Origin: Thermoanaerobaculia bacterium
GTDB lineage: Bacteria > Acidobacteriota > Thermoanaerobaculia > UBA5066
Assembly: GCA_963816185.1 (NCBI GenBank)
Contig: CAWFJJ010000030.1
Coordinates: forward strand, 1-64,000
Length of the DNA: 64,000 nucleotides
Direction: 5' to 3'
Below, in pieces: positions 32,930 to 42,280 of this stretch. The position numbers were made by a program, and so were the translations under genes. The notes beneath the pieces are model-generated. The model had not been told where the DNA came from. It saw only the letters and a list, made by a program, of their open reading frames with translations, and ran no database searches. Numbering within the stretch: the stretch's first letter is position 1; each line of letters starts with the position of its first letter.

Positions 32930-33445
32930 TTAGAACACCAATGCTCCCAAAATCCCTGAGCCAATGATGATTAATGATGGATCGATTTTGGTAAAGGTCA
33001 GCAGCGCGAAGCTGATCACGGCGATGCCTGTCGTGGTCTGGTTAATCAAGGAGCCTTGGCCCAAAAAGACGAGCACCGCAATGAGCAGTCCCACCACTGC
33101 CGGCTTGATTCCTGCGAAACCGGCCCTTACCGCCCAGAGCTCTTTATAACGGAGGTAATACTTGGTAACCAGGGTGACAATAATGACGCAGGGCAGATAA
33201 CTGGCGAACATGGCCACCAGGGCCCCCACCAGGCCGCCCACCTTAAACCCCAAAAAGGCATTCATCACCGTAAGCGGCCCAGGGGTCACCTGGCCGATGG
33301 CAATGGCGTCGATGAATTCCTTATTGCTGAGCCAATGATAATGATTGACGAATTCTTGCTGCAGCATGGGGATCATGGCGTAGCCGCCGCCGATGGTCAG
33401 GGCGTTGGCAATGAACAGGATGGCGGCCATTTTCAGCAGGACCAT
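32930..33445 (-). CDS. chrA: Chromate transporter, short-chain half
   Basis: IGGGYAMIP, GQVTPGP. Confidence 0.9.
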   Translation of the reverse strand: MVLLKMAAILFIANALTIGGGYAMIPMLQQEFVNHYHWLSNKEFIDAIAIGQVTPGPLTVMNAFLGFKVGGLVGALVAMFASYLPCVIIVTLVTKYYLRYKELWAVRAGFAGIKPAVVGLLIAVLVFLGQGSLINQTTTGIAVISFALLTFTKIDPSLIIIGSGILGALVF

Positions 33446-33976
33446 TTAATCCCTCCGGTACAGGACCAGCCCCAAAGCCCCTGCGGCCAGGAGGATGCCG
33501 ATAGGGTTAAGTTTAAAGATATCCAGGGCCAGAAAAGCGCCCACAGCCAGCGCCGCGCTACGGTAATCCGTCACCAGCCTGACAAACATTTTATAAACGA
33601 TGGAGGCCAGCAAACCCACCACCGCCGCGGCCACCCCTTTCATCACCGATTGCAGCAGGGGGTTGTCTTTCATATAGAGATAAAAGGCCGCCAGCAGAAT
33701 AGCCAGCACCGTGCCGGTAAAGGCCTGGCCCACCGTGGCGGCCAGCGCCCCCCACAATTTCCGCAGTTTGTAGCCGATGCAAATGCCGGTGTTGACTATA
33801 GGCGGGCCGGGGGTCATCTGGCCGATGGCAAAGCTCTCCACGAATTCATCGTGGGTAATCCACTTGCGTTTATCCACCAATTCCCGTTCAAAGAAGGCAA
33901 CCATGGAATAGACGCCGCCGAAAGAGAAGCTGCCGATTTTGAGGAAGACCAGAAAAATCTTTTTTAGCGATAACAT
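33446..33976 (-). CDS. chrA: Chromate transporter, short-chain half
   Basis: FSFGG, GQMTPGP. Confidence 0.9.
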   Translation of the reverse strand: MLSLKKIFLVFLKIGSFSFGGVYSMVAFFERELVDKRKWITHDEFVESFAIGQMTPGPPIVNTGICIGYKLRKLWGALAATVGQAFTGTVLAILLAAFYLYMKDNPLLQSVMKGVAAAVVGLLASIVYKMFVRLVTDYRSAALAVGAFLALDIFKLNPIGILLAAGALGLVLYRRD

Positions 33977-34099
33977 GATGTTCTCCGCTCAATTAACCAT
34001 TCATCAGCATTGCTGAATTAAAGGCGGCATAGACCCTTGGCCGGAAACTGCTTCCCCCAGCCGCTCCCGGAAACGGCCTGAGGTTAGTAACGGATCGGT

Positions 34100-34262
34100 T
34101 GAGCGGCGCTGCCGGGCTGGTGAAACCGAGGAAACTCACCTGATAAGGCAGCAGCAGAAAGGCCCCGGAGACTCCTCCCCTGGAGGTGCAGATGGACACC
34201 CCCATGGCGCTGAGGGGCGGGATAAGCGGGTTGACCTCTACCCCCGAGACGGGAAAGAGCCT
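34100..34262 (-). pseudogene. N-terminal remnant of a TauE/SafE family gene
   Basis: LFPVSGVEVNPLIPPLSAMGVSICTSRGGVSGAFLLLPYQVSFLGFTSP; no proper start codon and the frame then decays. Confidence 0.6.
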
Positions 34263-34467
34263 CCCCAGAGCTTCCTTGTGAAATTTTTCCCAATATTAAG
34301 CCAAATTGAGAGCGCCTGTCAAATAAATTCTTCTCCAGGCGGCCTGAGGGTGAGAAGAAATTTTTTACCGGTATTGTTTAGTAATTATAGTTAGTTAATC
34401 GAAAGGGTCGCCAGCCGTATAAAAATTTGCACCGGAACCGCTGCCAGGGCGTGAGGGGTGATAAGGA

Positions 34468-34524
34468 TAACTTATTGAAAGTTAAGGCAAAAAAACAATT
34501 GCGCAATTTGGCATGCCCAATGCA
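34468..34524 (+). promoter_or_regulatory. sigma54 promoter with upstream IHF-like site
   Basis: TTGGCATGCCCAATGCA (GG-N10-GC, 34508-34524); TTTCAATAAGTTA on the minus strand at 34468-34480. Confidence 0.75.
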
Positions 34525-34534
34525 TGTAATATTA

Positions 34535-34647
34535 GCAAATACGAACCAAGTTAAGGATTCCCCCATCCCCCCCTTAAGCTAAAGTTCGTATCCATTTCTC
34601 CTTTCACCCACTGGCCGGGTCTCCCCCACTCGGCCAGTACCTTTTTT
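34535..34647 (+). ncRNA. Candidate sigma54-dependent sRNA (about 113 nt) with C-rich loops
   Basis: Stems ATACGAAC/GTTCGTAT and TTAAGG/CCTTAA with a C-rich loop, CTCCTT linker, terminator ACTGGCCGGGT/ACTCGGCCAGT followed by T6. Confidence 0.65.
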
Positions 34648-34725
34648 GGGGGAAGTTGGGCAGTTGAGCTTCAGGAGCTGGCGGCAACCCCTTAACTTAA
34701 GCAATACCAAATGGTCTAATTAGTC

Positions 34726-35076
34726 ATGCAGGGCATGCGGCGCCATCATCTTCTCCACTGGGCAGTAATTTTCTGCTCCCTGCTGCTACCCCTGACCGCG
34801 GTAGCCGGGCCCGCCTTGCCAAACCCGGGCTCGTCCGGCTGCGGTATGGTTGCCTGCCATTGCCCCTGCTGCCAGCCTGGCAACAAGCCCCAGTGCCACA
34901 AATCGTCGCCTTCGCCTTGCGGCTGCACAAGCCTGCCCGGTCTTCAAGCCAGCCGGTTCACCCCCGAGGGTGAGGGGGGCACAGTTTATCAGCCGCTATC
35001 GCTAAACCCGGCGCCGAAACTGTTTATTCTCGCCATCTATCATCCGCCCAAGAATTTTCTCCTGTCTTCACTGTAA
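34726..35076 (+). CDS. Cys-rich leader-type ORF ending IYHPP (DUF2946-like)
   Basis: Signal/TM, CGMVACHCPCC..C..CGC, C-terminal AIYHPPK. Confidence 0.6.
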   Translation: MQGMRRHHLLHWAVIFCSLLLPLTAVAGPALPNPGSSGCGMVACHCPCCQPGNKPQCHKSSPSPCGCTSLPGLQASRFTPEGEGGTVYQPLSLNPAPKLFILAIYHPPKNFLLSSL

Positions 35077-35204
35077 TGCGGCAATTTTTTTCACCTGCTG
35101 ACGCCAGGGATTATATGTCCCGGCGCCACTAATGATCACCTGCCTCTCCAAGCGGAGAGGGGGCGGGGTTCGCCTCGTCTAAACCAAGAAATGGGAGAAA
35201 TAAT

Positions 35205-35558
35205 ATGTCTCAAAAGAGCAAATTGCTGGTTTGTTTGGCCCTGATCCTGATACTGAGTCCGGCCTCCGGAGCCTTAGCGAGAGGCATGGGCGGTGGTGGC
35301 GGCATGGGCGGCGGCGGGGGCATGGGCGCCGGTGGCTCCATGATGTCCGGCAACATGGGCAATATGAACAACCAGGGCATGGATCAGAATCAGATGAACC
35401 GGCAGAACATGGGCAACATGAATGGCATGAGAATGAATAATCAGGGACAGGCGCCGGCCGGTACCTGGGTTCCCAATGGCAACATGGACAACAGGGGAAA
35501 TATGGGTAACGGCAATATGCCTGCAAACGGGATGGGTTCTGGGCAAGGGCCGAATTAA
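35205..35558 (+). CDS. Secreted Met/Gly/Asn-rich low-complexity protein
   Basis: SD GGGAGA, signal peptide ending ALA, MGGGGG and NMGNM repeats. Confidence 0.7.
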   Translation: MSQKSKLLVCLALILILSPASGALARGMGGGGGMGGGGGMGAGGSMMSGNMGNMNNQGMDQNQMNRQNMGNMNGMRMNNQGQAPAGTWVPNGNMDNRGNMGNGNMPANGMGSGQGPN

Positions 35559-35631
35559 AATTAAAGCCTTGAACTCTGGAGTTTAGAGGACCGCCACCCG
35601 GCGGTTCAGGGTATCAAATTTAAAGAGAAAT

Positions 35632-35665
35632 GAAAGGGGCGACCCGTACGGGGTCACCCCTTTCT
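35632..35665. terminator. Hairpin between convergent genes
   Basis: GAAAGGGGCGACCC-GTACG-GGGTCACCCCTTTC. Confidence 0.6.
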
Positions 35666-35689
35666 TGCGTCTTGGCGTGAGATTCTGCT

Positions 35690-38326
35690 TTACTCCCAGG
35701 ACTCCTCGATCTTGGTGAGCACCGCCAGTTTTCCCGGCTGGACCTTGCGATAGACCTGGGCCGGCTCTTTCTGGTGTCCGTCCACGTAAAGCAGGTCGTG
35801 CTCGATGGAGATGCCGAAGAGCCGTTCGTTTTCCTGGAGGTAAGGCAGGATCAGGTCCCAGTCCGCCGCGCTGAGGTCGACGATCTCGCCGCCGTTTAAC
35901 TGCTCGTCCACCACCTGCTGGTAGGGGTCGCGGATATAGAGGGCGCCGCCGGAGGCCAGGGAAAAGAGGTTGGAGCCGGGGTACGGGGTGCGCTGCGGTT
36001 TGAGACGACCCCGGGGGTCGTACTCCAGGCCGTTGACGATGACGAAGCCGCCGTCTTTGAAGACGTCGCCGGCCATGAAGGATTCGGCCAGGAAGTCCAG
36101 GGCGGTGCCGTTGATCACCACCCGGGGGCGGCCCACGGCGTTGATCAGGGGCCGGCCGGCGGCGTTGCCCAGGATGTAGACCTCGCCGCCCTTGGCGCCG
36201 TACATGAAGGTCTGGCCCACGTCGCCGTGCACCACCAGCTTGCCCCGCTTCATGATCTGGCCCAACTGGTCCTGGGCGTTGCCGTGGATCTGAATGCTCA
36301 TGCCGTCGATGCCGGAGGCCAGGTAGTCGCCGGTGCTGCCGTAGGCGTCGATCACCACCCCGTCGGTGTTGAGCCCGAAGCCGCAGCCCAGGAAGCGCTG
36401 CCCCCGGTAACCGTAAGTGAGGAATTGCCTCCAGCCCAGCTTGAAGGCCTGACACATGAGCCGGGCGTCGCAGTCATCCCCTTCCGGGGGAAAATCAGCG
36501 GCATCCAGGATCAGGATGGCGTCGGCCTGCTGGGGCGCCGGCAGTTGCTCCCGGCTGTCCCAATCAACCCGGCGGTAGCGGCTGCTATGCTTTTCGCCCA
36601 CGGTCGGGGTCGCCTTCAGGATAAGGGTCAAGGTCTCCATGATGAGATGCAGGAGGTTGCTGCGCTTCTTGTCGCCCGGGTCGTAACGGCGGTCCAACAG
36701 CAGGGTCAGACCGTTGATGGCCGCGGCCTTGAGGGCGTCGCCCCTGGCGGCCTGGTCGCCGACGGCCGCCAGGAACTCCCGGAAGGTGGCGTAGGAGATG
36801 GTGGCGGCCCGCTCCCGGATCGCCCGGTAGAGTTGCTCCCCGCTCTGGTCCTTAAGACAAGTGCTCACCAGGCGCACCACCTCGTCGTCTTCCTGGAGGT
36901 CGATCTCCAGCACCGTGCCGTTCCAGGGCCGCTGATGCCAGGGCACGGTCTTGGGCTTGCCGAACTTGTCGTGGCAGGAAAGCACCCGGCCACCGTTTTT
37001 CGGTTCCAGGGAGAAGATAAAGGAGCCGCCGTCGGTGGCGCTGCCGCCCCGGGCGTTCCAGTAGAGGTCGGCCACCGGGCAGACCCGGGGGTCTTCCGCC
37101 GCCAGACTGGCCAGGGTGGCGTCGATGGCCTGCTTTTCCGAGCAGACCAGGCCGATCTGCACCTCGCCGTCATGCAGGGCAAAGACCTGGGGCCGCAGCA
37201 TGGAGGTGTCGGTGATGCCGATGAGGTCGAAGCTCTTCCGCTCCGGGTCGTTCCGGGCAATGATGAAGAACCAGGGGCCGTCGGGCGAGCCGTGGATGTT
37301 GGCGGCCTGGAGCTGCCGGTAGACGTGCTGCCGCTCCGGCGGCAGCAGGTCGAAGTCCCGCTCCGTGGTGGGGGCCATGGACTCGATGACGTATTCCAGG
37401 GGATAGCCGTAGAGCCGGTGCCACAGGTCGAAGGTGAGCACCGCCACTTCCGTGTCCGTCAGGAACTGGGGATAAAAATGGCGCTGGCTCAGGTATTCGC
37501 TCACCGAGAAGTAATTGGCGAAGTCGCCGTTGTGTACCAGGGCGGTGTTGAGCGCCGCGAAGGGGTGGGCGCCGCCGGGGTGCCACACCCGGCCCCGGGT
37601 AGGATAGCGCTGGTGGGCGATCCAGATATGGGCCTTGAAGTCCAGCAATTGGTAATAATAGGCCGCTTCTTCGGCATAGCCCACGATCTTCAGGATCAGC
37701 ATGTTCCGGCCCTGGGACATGACGAAGGCCTTCTTCTCGCCCAGGGAGGCGTAATAGGCCTCGTTCAGCTTGTAGCAGTTCTGGGCCACATACTCGTCTT
37801 CCACCTTGCGCCAGGCCAGGCCGTAAAGCTTGTGCTGCTGGATGAAGTGCTGCAAAACCTCGGGCTTGACCCGCACGAAATATTGCCAGACGTCCGGCGG
37901 CTTGACCACCAGGCCCTTGATGTCCTGCCAGTTGTCCACGGTGGGCTGGCGCCGGGCGTGGTCCACCCGAAACACCGGGGTGATGAACTGGGCCTCCACC
38001 TTGGCGCGAGCCTCGGTATCCAGGTAAGCGACCTGGATGAGATAATCGTCATCCAGGATCTCCTGGGAGACCCCGAGGGTTGCCGCGTCCAGCCCCACCG
38101 CGGCGATACCGCCGCCCTTGCCGTTGCCCCGGTTGTGCATCTGGATGGAGGGGGTGACGATGTGGCGGCCGGCCACCGGCACGCTGGCGGCAAAGCCCGT
38201 GACCCCGCAGCCGCCTTCGTCCGCGGCCTTCTGGATACGCCCCGCCGGATAAGGCGAAGTGAAATCGCGGCGGGTGTCGAGGAGGGCCAGACCGGGGTGA
38301 TTATGCAAGTTGCGCTTAGACTTCAT
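35690..38326 (-). CDS. gltB: Glutamate synthase subunit: class II glutamine amidotransferase fused to GXGXG domain
   Basis: EGG-CGV N-terminal Cys, AHQRYPT, GAHPF, HNGD, DGP; GQRFLG, GDYLAS, GNAAGR repeats. Confidence 0.88.
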   Translation of the reverse strand: MKSKRNLHNHPGLALLDTRRDFTSPYPAGRIQKAADEGGCGVTGFAASVPVAGRHIVTPSIQMHNRGNGKGGGIAAVGLDAATLGVSQEILDDDYLIQVAYLDTEARAKVEAQFITPVFRVDHARRQPTVDNWQDIKGLVVKPPDVWQYFVRVKPEVLQHFIQQHKLYGLAWRKVEDEYVAQNCYKLNEAYYASLGEKKAFVMSQGRNMLILKIVGYAEEAAYYYQLLDFKAHIWIAHQRYPTRGRVWHPGGAHPFAALNTALVHNGDFANYFSVSEYLSQRHFYPQFLTDTEVAVLTFDLWHRLYGYPLEYVIESMAPTTERDFDLLPPERQHVYRQLQAANIHGSPDGPWFFIIARNDPERKSFDLIGITDTSMLRPQVFALHDGEVQIGLVCSEKQAIDATLASLAAEDPRVCPVADLYWNARGGSATDGGSFIFSLEPKNGGRVLSCHDKFGKPKTVPWHQRPWNGTVLEIDLQEDDEVVRLVSTCLKDQSGEQLYRAIRERAATISYATFREFLAAVGDQAARGDALKAAAINGLTLLLDRRYDPGDKKRSNLLHLIMETLTLILKATPTVGEKHSSRYRRVDWDSREQLPAPQQADAILILDAADFPPEGDDCDARLMCQAFKLGWRQFLTYGYRGQRFLGCGFGLNTDGVVIDAYGSTGDYLASGIDGMSIQIHGNAQDQLGQIMKRGKLVVHGDVGQTFMYGAKGGEVYILGNAAGRPLINAVGRPRVVINGTALDFLAESFMAGDVFKDGGFVIVNGLEYDPRGRLKPQRTPYPGSNLFSLASGGALYIRDPYQQVVDEQLNGGEIVDLSAADWDLILPYLQENERLFGISIEHDLLYVDGHQKEPAQVYRKVQPGKLAVLTKIEESWE

Positions 38327-38605
38327 TGATTTCCTCTTTTAGCTATCAGCTCTCAGCTTTCAGCAGTCAGCTAAAGGCTTAATTCCGTATATGCACAAAT
38401 CTCGTTATGTAACGCCGGCGCCCTTGCCGGCGCCTGAACCGCCGAGGGCGGCGGTTCTACATCTTCTTTTTCATAGGGCGTGCCGCACACGCCGAATTGC
38501 TATATGTATCCGTGAAAATCCTCAAATCCCCCTAAATCCTCCTTTTTCAAAGGGGGACTTTAATGCCGTGTGACTATCCCCCCCTTTGTAAAAGGGGGGT
38601 TAGGG

Positions 38606-39919
38606 CAGGCCTGTCCGGCAGGTAATTTGCATGGGTCAGAGGGCCGGGACATTAGCGGGCACCACCTAAGTTGAATAAAGTTAATTGGCCATAATCAGGT
38701 GGATCAGAGATTCGTGGACAGAGTAAAGCCCAGAGATTGCAGCGCTCCATGATCAGGTTTTTGACCAGTCGGGTGAGGTCCAAGATGGACCAACCCGCCC
38801 AGCTCCGCACCTTCAGCCACAGGAGCAGCAGGTAAGCGATCATGGCGGTCCAGATTTGGATGAGCACGGCATTCTCTGAGGTTCCATAAAACGCCTTAAT
38901 CTTGAGGTTTTGCTTGATCCAGCGGAAAAACGTCTCGATCTGCCAACGCTGCCGATAGAGATCGGCCACCGTTTGGGCGGGTAGGTCCGGCAGGTTGGTC
39001 AGAAACACATATTCCTTGCTGTCTGGGTCCCGATAATGCACCAGGCGCAAGGTTTCGGGATAGTGACGCCGGCTGTAAGGAGTACTGAGCCGGACGAGCT
39101 GATCGGCCGATACCGGCGAGCCGGACGAGCCGGGCCGCTCCTCGAGGACTCGATAATGGATGTGGCGGGGCAGCCGGGTGACAAACCCCACCTCGCGGCG
39201 GTGCAGGGAGTTAAGCCAGGCAAAATCGACATAGCCCCGGTCCAGCAGCACCAGATCGCCGGGGGCGAAGTCCAGGCGTCGAGCCACCTCCAGTTCATGG
39301 ACCTGGCCGGCGGTAACCTGCAAGTCCTGGGGAGCGCCCCCCGAGTCCAGGAGGACGTGGAGTTTGACGGCGTTTTTGCTGGGCTGGAAATTGGCCCAGG
39401 GAAAGAGACTGGCGCAGACCGGCACGTAGGTGGCATCCAGGATCTTCACCCGCCGGGCCTCGGACTGGCGGCCGGCTTCGGCCTGAAAGCGCGCCAGCAA
39501 TTTCTCGTAGGTCTTCTGAAAGATGAGGGCGGGGCGCTTCTCGTTGGCTTCGGCCAGGGTGGAACGCTTGGCGGGGGTGAGGCCCAGATGGTAGAGCTTC
39601 TGCCGATGCCGGCCCAGGCTAAAGACCAGGTCACGCAGGCTCTTTTTGCCGCTCAATTGGGCATAGAGCATGGCCACCAGTTGGGACCAGTAAGATAATT
39701 TTCGGGGCTTGGGACCCTGCCAGGAATGAGTCTCCACCTGGTGCTCCAAAATATGTCTCGGGAGAAGTTGTAGCATGTTACCCAGAACGGTGTTATTATG
39801 TGCCATAAGCCCCTAACCCCCTTCGATGCTTGGTTTTTTCGGCAAAAAAATTATAGCATCTATGGGTCGTTTTGGGGCTTTTTCTTTTAAATCCAAGTGT
39901 TGTCTACCGGACAGCACTG
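38606..39919 (-). mobile_element. IS4-family insertion sequence with 9-bp target duplication
   Basis: Imperfect TIRs CAGGCCTGTCCGGCAG / CAGTGCTGTCCGGTAG; DR GGGTTAGGG at 38597-38605 and 39920-39928. Confidence 0.9.
38652..39806 (-). CDS. IS4 DDE transposase (DUF4372 + DDE_Tnp_1)
   Basis: SLRD, RSTLAEAN, LDAT, KLH, DRGY, YRQRWQIETFFRWIKQ. Confidence 0.95.
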   Translation of the reverse strand: MAHNNTVLGNMLQLLPRHILEHQVETHSWQGPKPRKLSYWSQLVAMLYAQLSGKKSLRDLVFSLGRHRQKLYHLGLTPAKRSTLAEANEKRPALIFQKTYEKLLARFQAEAGRQSEARRVKILDATYVPVCASLFPWANFQPSKNAVKLHVLLDSGGAPQDLQVTAGQVHELEVARRLDFAPGDLVLLDRGYVDFAWLNSLHRREVGFVTRLPRHIHYRVLEERPGSSGSPVSADQLVRLSTPYSRRHYPETLRLVHYRDPDSKEYVFLTNLPDLPAQTVADLYRQRWQIETFFRWIKQNLKIKAFYGTSENAVLIQIWTAMIAYLLLLWLKVRSWAGWSILDLTRLVKNLIMERCNLWALLCPRISDPPDYGQLTLFNLGGAR

Positions 39920-39935
39920 GGGTTAGGGGGGATTT

Positions 39936-40005
39936 AGCTTTTAAGCTTTTAAGCTTTTAGCTGAAAGCTGAAAGCTGATCGCTGACAGCTGACCGCTGAC
40001 CGCTA
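39936..40005. repeat. Heptamer tandem repeats (GCTGA(A/C)(A/C)-type)
   Basis: gctgaaagctgaaagctgatcgctgacagctgaccgctgaccgct; similar runs near 6772, 38340 and 63733. Confidence 0.8.
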
Positions 40006-40015
40006 TCTACGCAAA

Positions 40016-40750
40016 TCATCCTCCACGGCCATCAAAGTATCCAAATGCGCCACCTCTGCGGCCCCCATCCCCGGGGCCTACCGCGCCCTGCCTTCCCCGT
40101 TCCCCCCCCAAGTTCCGGCGGTGCCCCCCCGGCCCAGCCCGGCCGGCTCCTTTGCAGCGCAGGCTTCCAGGGCCCCTCGCGGTGCCATCTCCCCTCGCCC
40201 CCACGATGGCCTGGCCAGTCAAGGCCTGCGAATCCGCCGGAGCCACCAGGGTCACCTGATCGCGGATGCCTTCGGCCTTGAGGAACTGGTGCACCTTGGG
40301 GATGCCTCCCGCCGCCTTCTCTCCTCTCCGGCCCCCCCCCGCCCCCCGCCCAACCCCCCTGTGGCCCCTACCACGCGTTCCTCTTTCCCGAAGACCCCCC
40401 CCCCCCCCTCCCCGCCCACTCCACCCCCCATCCCCGCTCCCCGCCCGGGCGTGGGTGAGCTCCCCCCCCCGAGCCCCCCCCTCCCCCCCTCCCCCCCATC
40501 CTTCTCGCCCCCCTCCACCCCCCCGCTCGTTCCCCCCTTCCGTCCTACCCCCCAGGTAGCTGCCGGACTTGGTGTGGACGCCGTAGGGGCAGACTTCCAC
40601 GCATTTGCCGCACTTGATGCAGGCGGATTCGTTGCGCCAGACCCGGTACTTGCTCAAGGGCGTGCGGAACCGGCTCGGGGTGGGAACCGGCTGCCAGGGC
40701 TGGCCCTCGGACCAGGCTTCCTCGGGAACGATTTTTTCGGCTAGTGACAT
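40016..40750 (-). CDS. Second glutamate synthase FMN/Fe-S subunit paralog, middle garbled or collapsed
   Basis: CIKCGKCVEVCPYG at the N-terminus and IPKVHQFLKAEGIRDQVTLVA near the C-terminus, separated by G/C homopolymer-rich noise. Confidence 0.55.
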   Translation of the reverse strand: MSLAEKIVPEEAWSEGQPWQPVPTPSRFRTPLSKYRVWRNESACIKCGKCVEVCPYGVHTKSGSYLGGRTEGGNERGGGGGREGWGGGGEGGARGGELTHARAGSGDGGWSGRGGGGGGLRERGTRGRGHRGVGRGAGGGRRGEKAAGGIPKVHQFLKAEGIRDQVTLVAPADSQALTGQAIVGARGDGTARGPGSLRCKGAGRAGPGGHRRNLGGERGRQGAVGPGDGGRRGGAFGYFDGRGG

Positions 40751-40867
40751 ATGATCAGTCTTCTTCAAATGGGTAATTTCGATATTTATTCCTGTAGGGG
40801 CGGACCTCTGTGCCTGCCCATCAGGTATCTCGCGACACCGGAGGCCCGCACCCACGCAGATGCGCCC

Positions 40868-42280
40868 CTACTCCCCCACCCGCCGGTTCTCGCCTTCCGG
40901 CCGGGAGAAGAGCGGGGCAAAGATCTCTTTATCCAGGTCTTCCTTGAACATGATCCGGCCCACTTCGCCGCGCAGGCGCCGCACTTCCCGCATGCCCATG
41001 GCGCCCATGACTTCCAGGAGCTGGTTGTTCCAGGCGCCCACCAGGTTGACCATGCGCTGGGCCCCCCGCTTGACGTTGAGGTTCCCCAGGTCGATGGGGC
41101 AGGGGTTGTCATCCTGACATTCCTTGCACAGGCGGCATTCCAGCGAGAGCAGCAGGGCGGTGTCGGCCAGAATGGCGTCGGCGCCGCAGACGATGGCCTT
41201 GGCCACGTGCTCCGCCAGGGCGATGCCGCCGCCGGCCAGCAGGGTGACCGCGTCCCGCAGCCGGTCTTCCACCAGCTTCAGGTGGCAGCGGCGGATCATA
41301 TCCTTCAGGTGCATCTCGCCGGCGTCTCCCACCCCCCGGGCGTGATCCGAACCCGCCAGGTGGAGAACCTCGGCGCCCGCCGCGGCCAGGATCGAGACCC
41401 GCTCCGGGGCCTTGCTGTCCGCCGGCACCCTGATCCAGACGAGCAGCCGCGGGTAACGCTGCTTCAGGGCTTCCATCTGGGCCACCACGCCGGGATGGTC
41501 CGGAATTTCCACCGCGGGCACCTGGGCCAGCAACGGGTCATCCAGGTGCTTAAAATTAGCCGGCAGCATCGGCACCAGCCGGCTGGCCGCGGGGAGCAGA
41601 TCCTCGCCGATGCTCTTCCGGGGCAGGACCGCCAGGGAGCCCAGGTCCTGGGCCGCGGCAGCCATGATCTGGCGCAGCCGGGCCGGGTCGGCGCTCACGG
41701 CCGGTTCCCCCAGAATCACCGGCAGGGGAATCTCCAACAGCGGCGTCGGGGTAATCTGCATCTCGCCCTGGTCATCGAAGGCCAGAAACATGGGTTTGCG
41801 CCCCAGATCGACGGTGGTGCTGATGTATTCCCGGCCGTGGATGCCGTCCCGGGTGGGCCGGACGATCTCCGACATGTCGGTCCAGCAGGAGTCGAAGCCC
41901 TCGCCGGCAAAGACCCCGCCATAGCCGGCCCCGGAGACCGGGATCTTGCCGGTTTCCGCCTGGTTCCAGGTCGTGGCGATGATCTCCGGCGTCCAGTAGT
42001 CGTCCCCTAACTGGCGGTACTGCGGGTTCATAGCCTTGAAGATCAGCTCCCGGGGGCAACCCTGGACGCAGCGGTAGCAGTCCCGGCACATCGAGTCGAT
42101 GGTGTCCACGAACTGCGTCCGATCGAAGCCCCGTTTCCGGTAGGCGTCCACCGGACAGACTTCCTTGACGCACTTGGCGCACCTTAAGCAGCCTTCGTTC
42201 CAGTCCATCACCGTGCTTTTGCCCGGGGGAGAGAAACGGGGCGGCACCTGGCGCACATGAATATGGTATTTGACAGGCAA
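40868..42280 (-). CDS. Glutamate synthase FMN-binding subunit with 4Fe-4S domain
   Basis: CLRCAKC...CP, CRDCYRCVQGCP, DMSEIVRPTRDGIHGRE, GGI...KAIVCGAD, CRLCKEC...CP. Confidence 0.85.
   Translation of the reverse strand: MPVKYHIHVRQVPPRFSPPGKSTVMDWNEGCLRCAKCVKEVCPVDAYRKRGFDRTQFVDTIDSMCRDCYRCVQGCPRELIFKAMNPQYRQLGDDYWTPEIIATTWNQAETGKIPVSGAGYGGVFAGEGFDSCWTDMSEIVRPTRDGIHGREYISTTVDLGRKPMFLAFDDQGEMQITPTPLLEIPLPVILGEPAVSADPARLRQIMAAAAQDLGSLAVLPRKSIGEDLLPAASRLVPMLPANFKHLDDPLLAQVPAVEIPDHPGVVAQMEALKQRYPRLLVWIRVPADSKAPERVSILAAAGAEVLHLAGSDHARGVGDAGEMHLKDMIRRCHLKLVEDRLRDAVTLLAGGGIALAEHVAKAIVCGADAILADTALLLSLECRLCKECQDDNPCPIDLGNLNVKRGAQRMVNLVGAWNNQLLEVMGAMGMREVRRLRGEVGRIMFKEDLDKEIFAPLFSRPEGENRRVGE

Noticed and set aside
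33993-34290. Possible riboswitch upstream of chrA
   Set aside because: It is better explained as a decayed TauE coding remnant, and no aptamer consensus was recognised
34551-34605. Minus-strand SD (AAAGGAGA) with a 14-codon ORF
   Set aside because: The promoter and terminator polarity favour the plus-strand sRNA, and the apparent SD is the complement of its anti-SD linker
36227-38329. Long antisense ORFs (700 aa here; also 26265-27563, 43646-44947, 54528-55940)
   Set aside because: These are shadow frames of GC-rich genes with no recognisable motifs
40300-40555. Extreme C-rich (G-quadruplex-like) tract inside a gltB paralog
   Set aside because: It is homopolymer noise replacing most of an otherwise recognisable gene; most likely a low-quality consensus rather than biology
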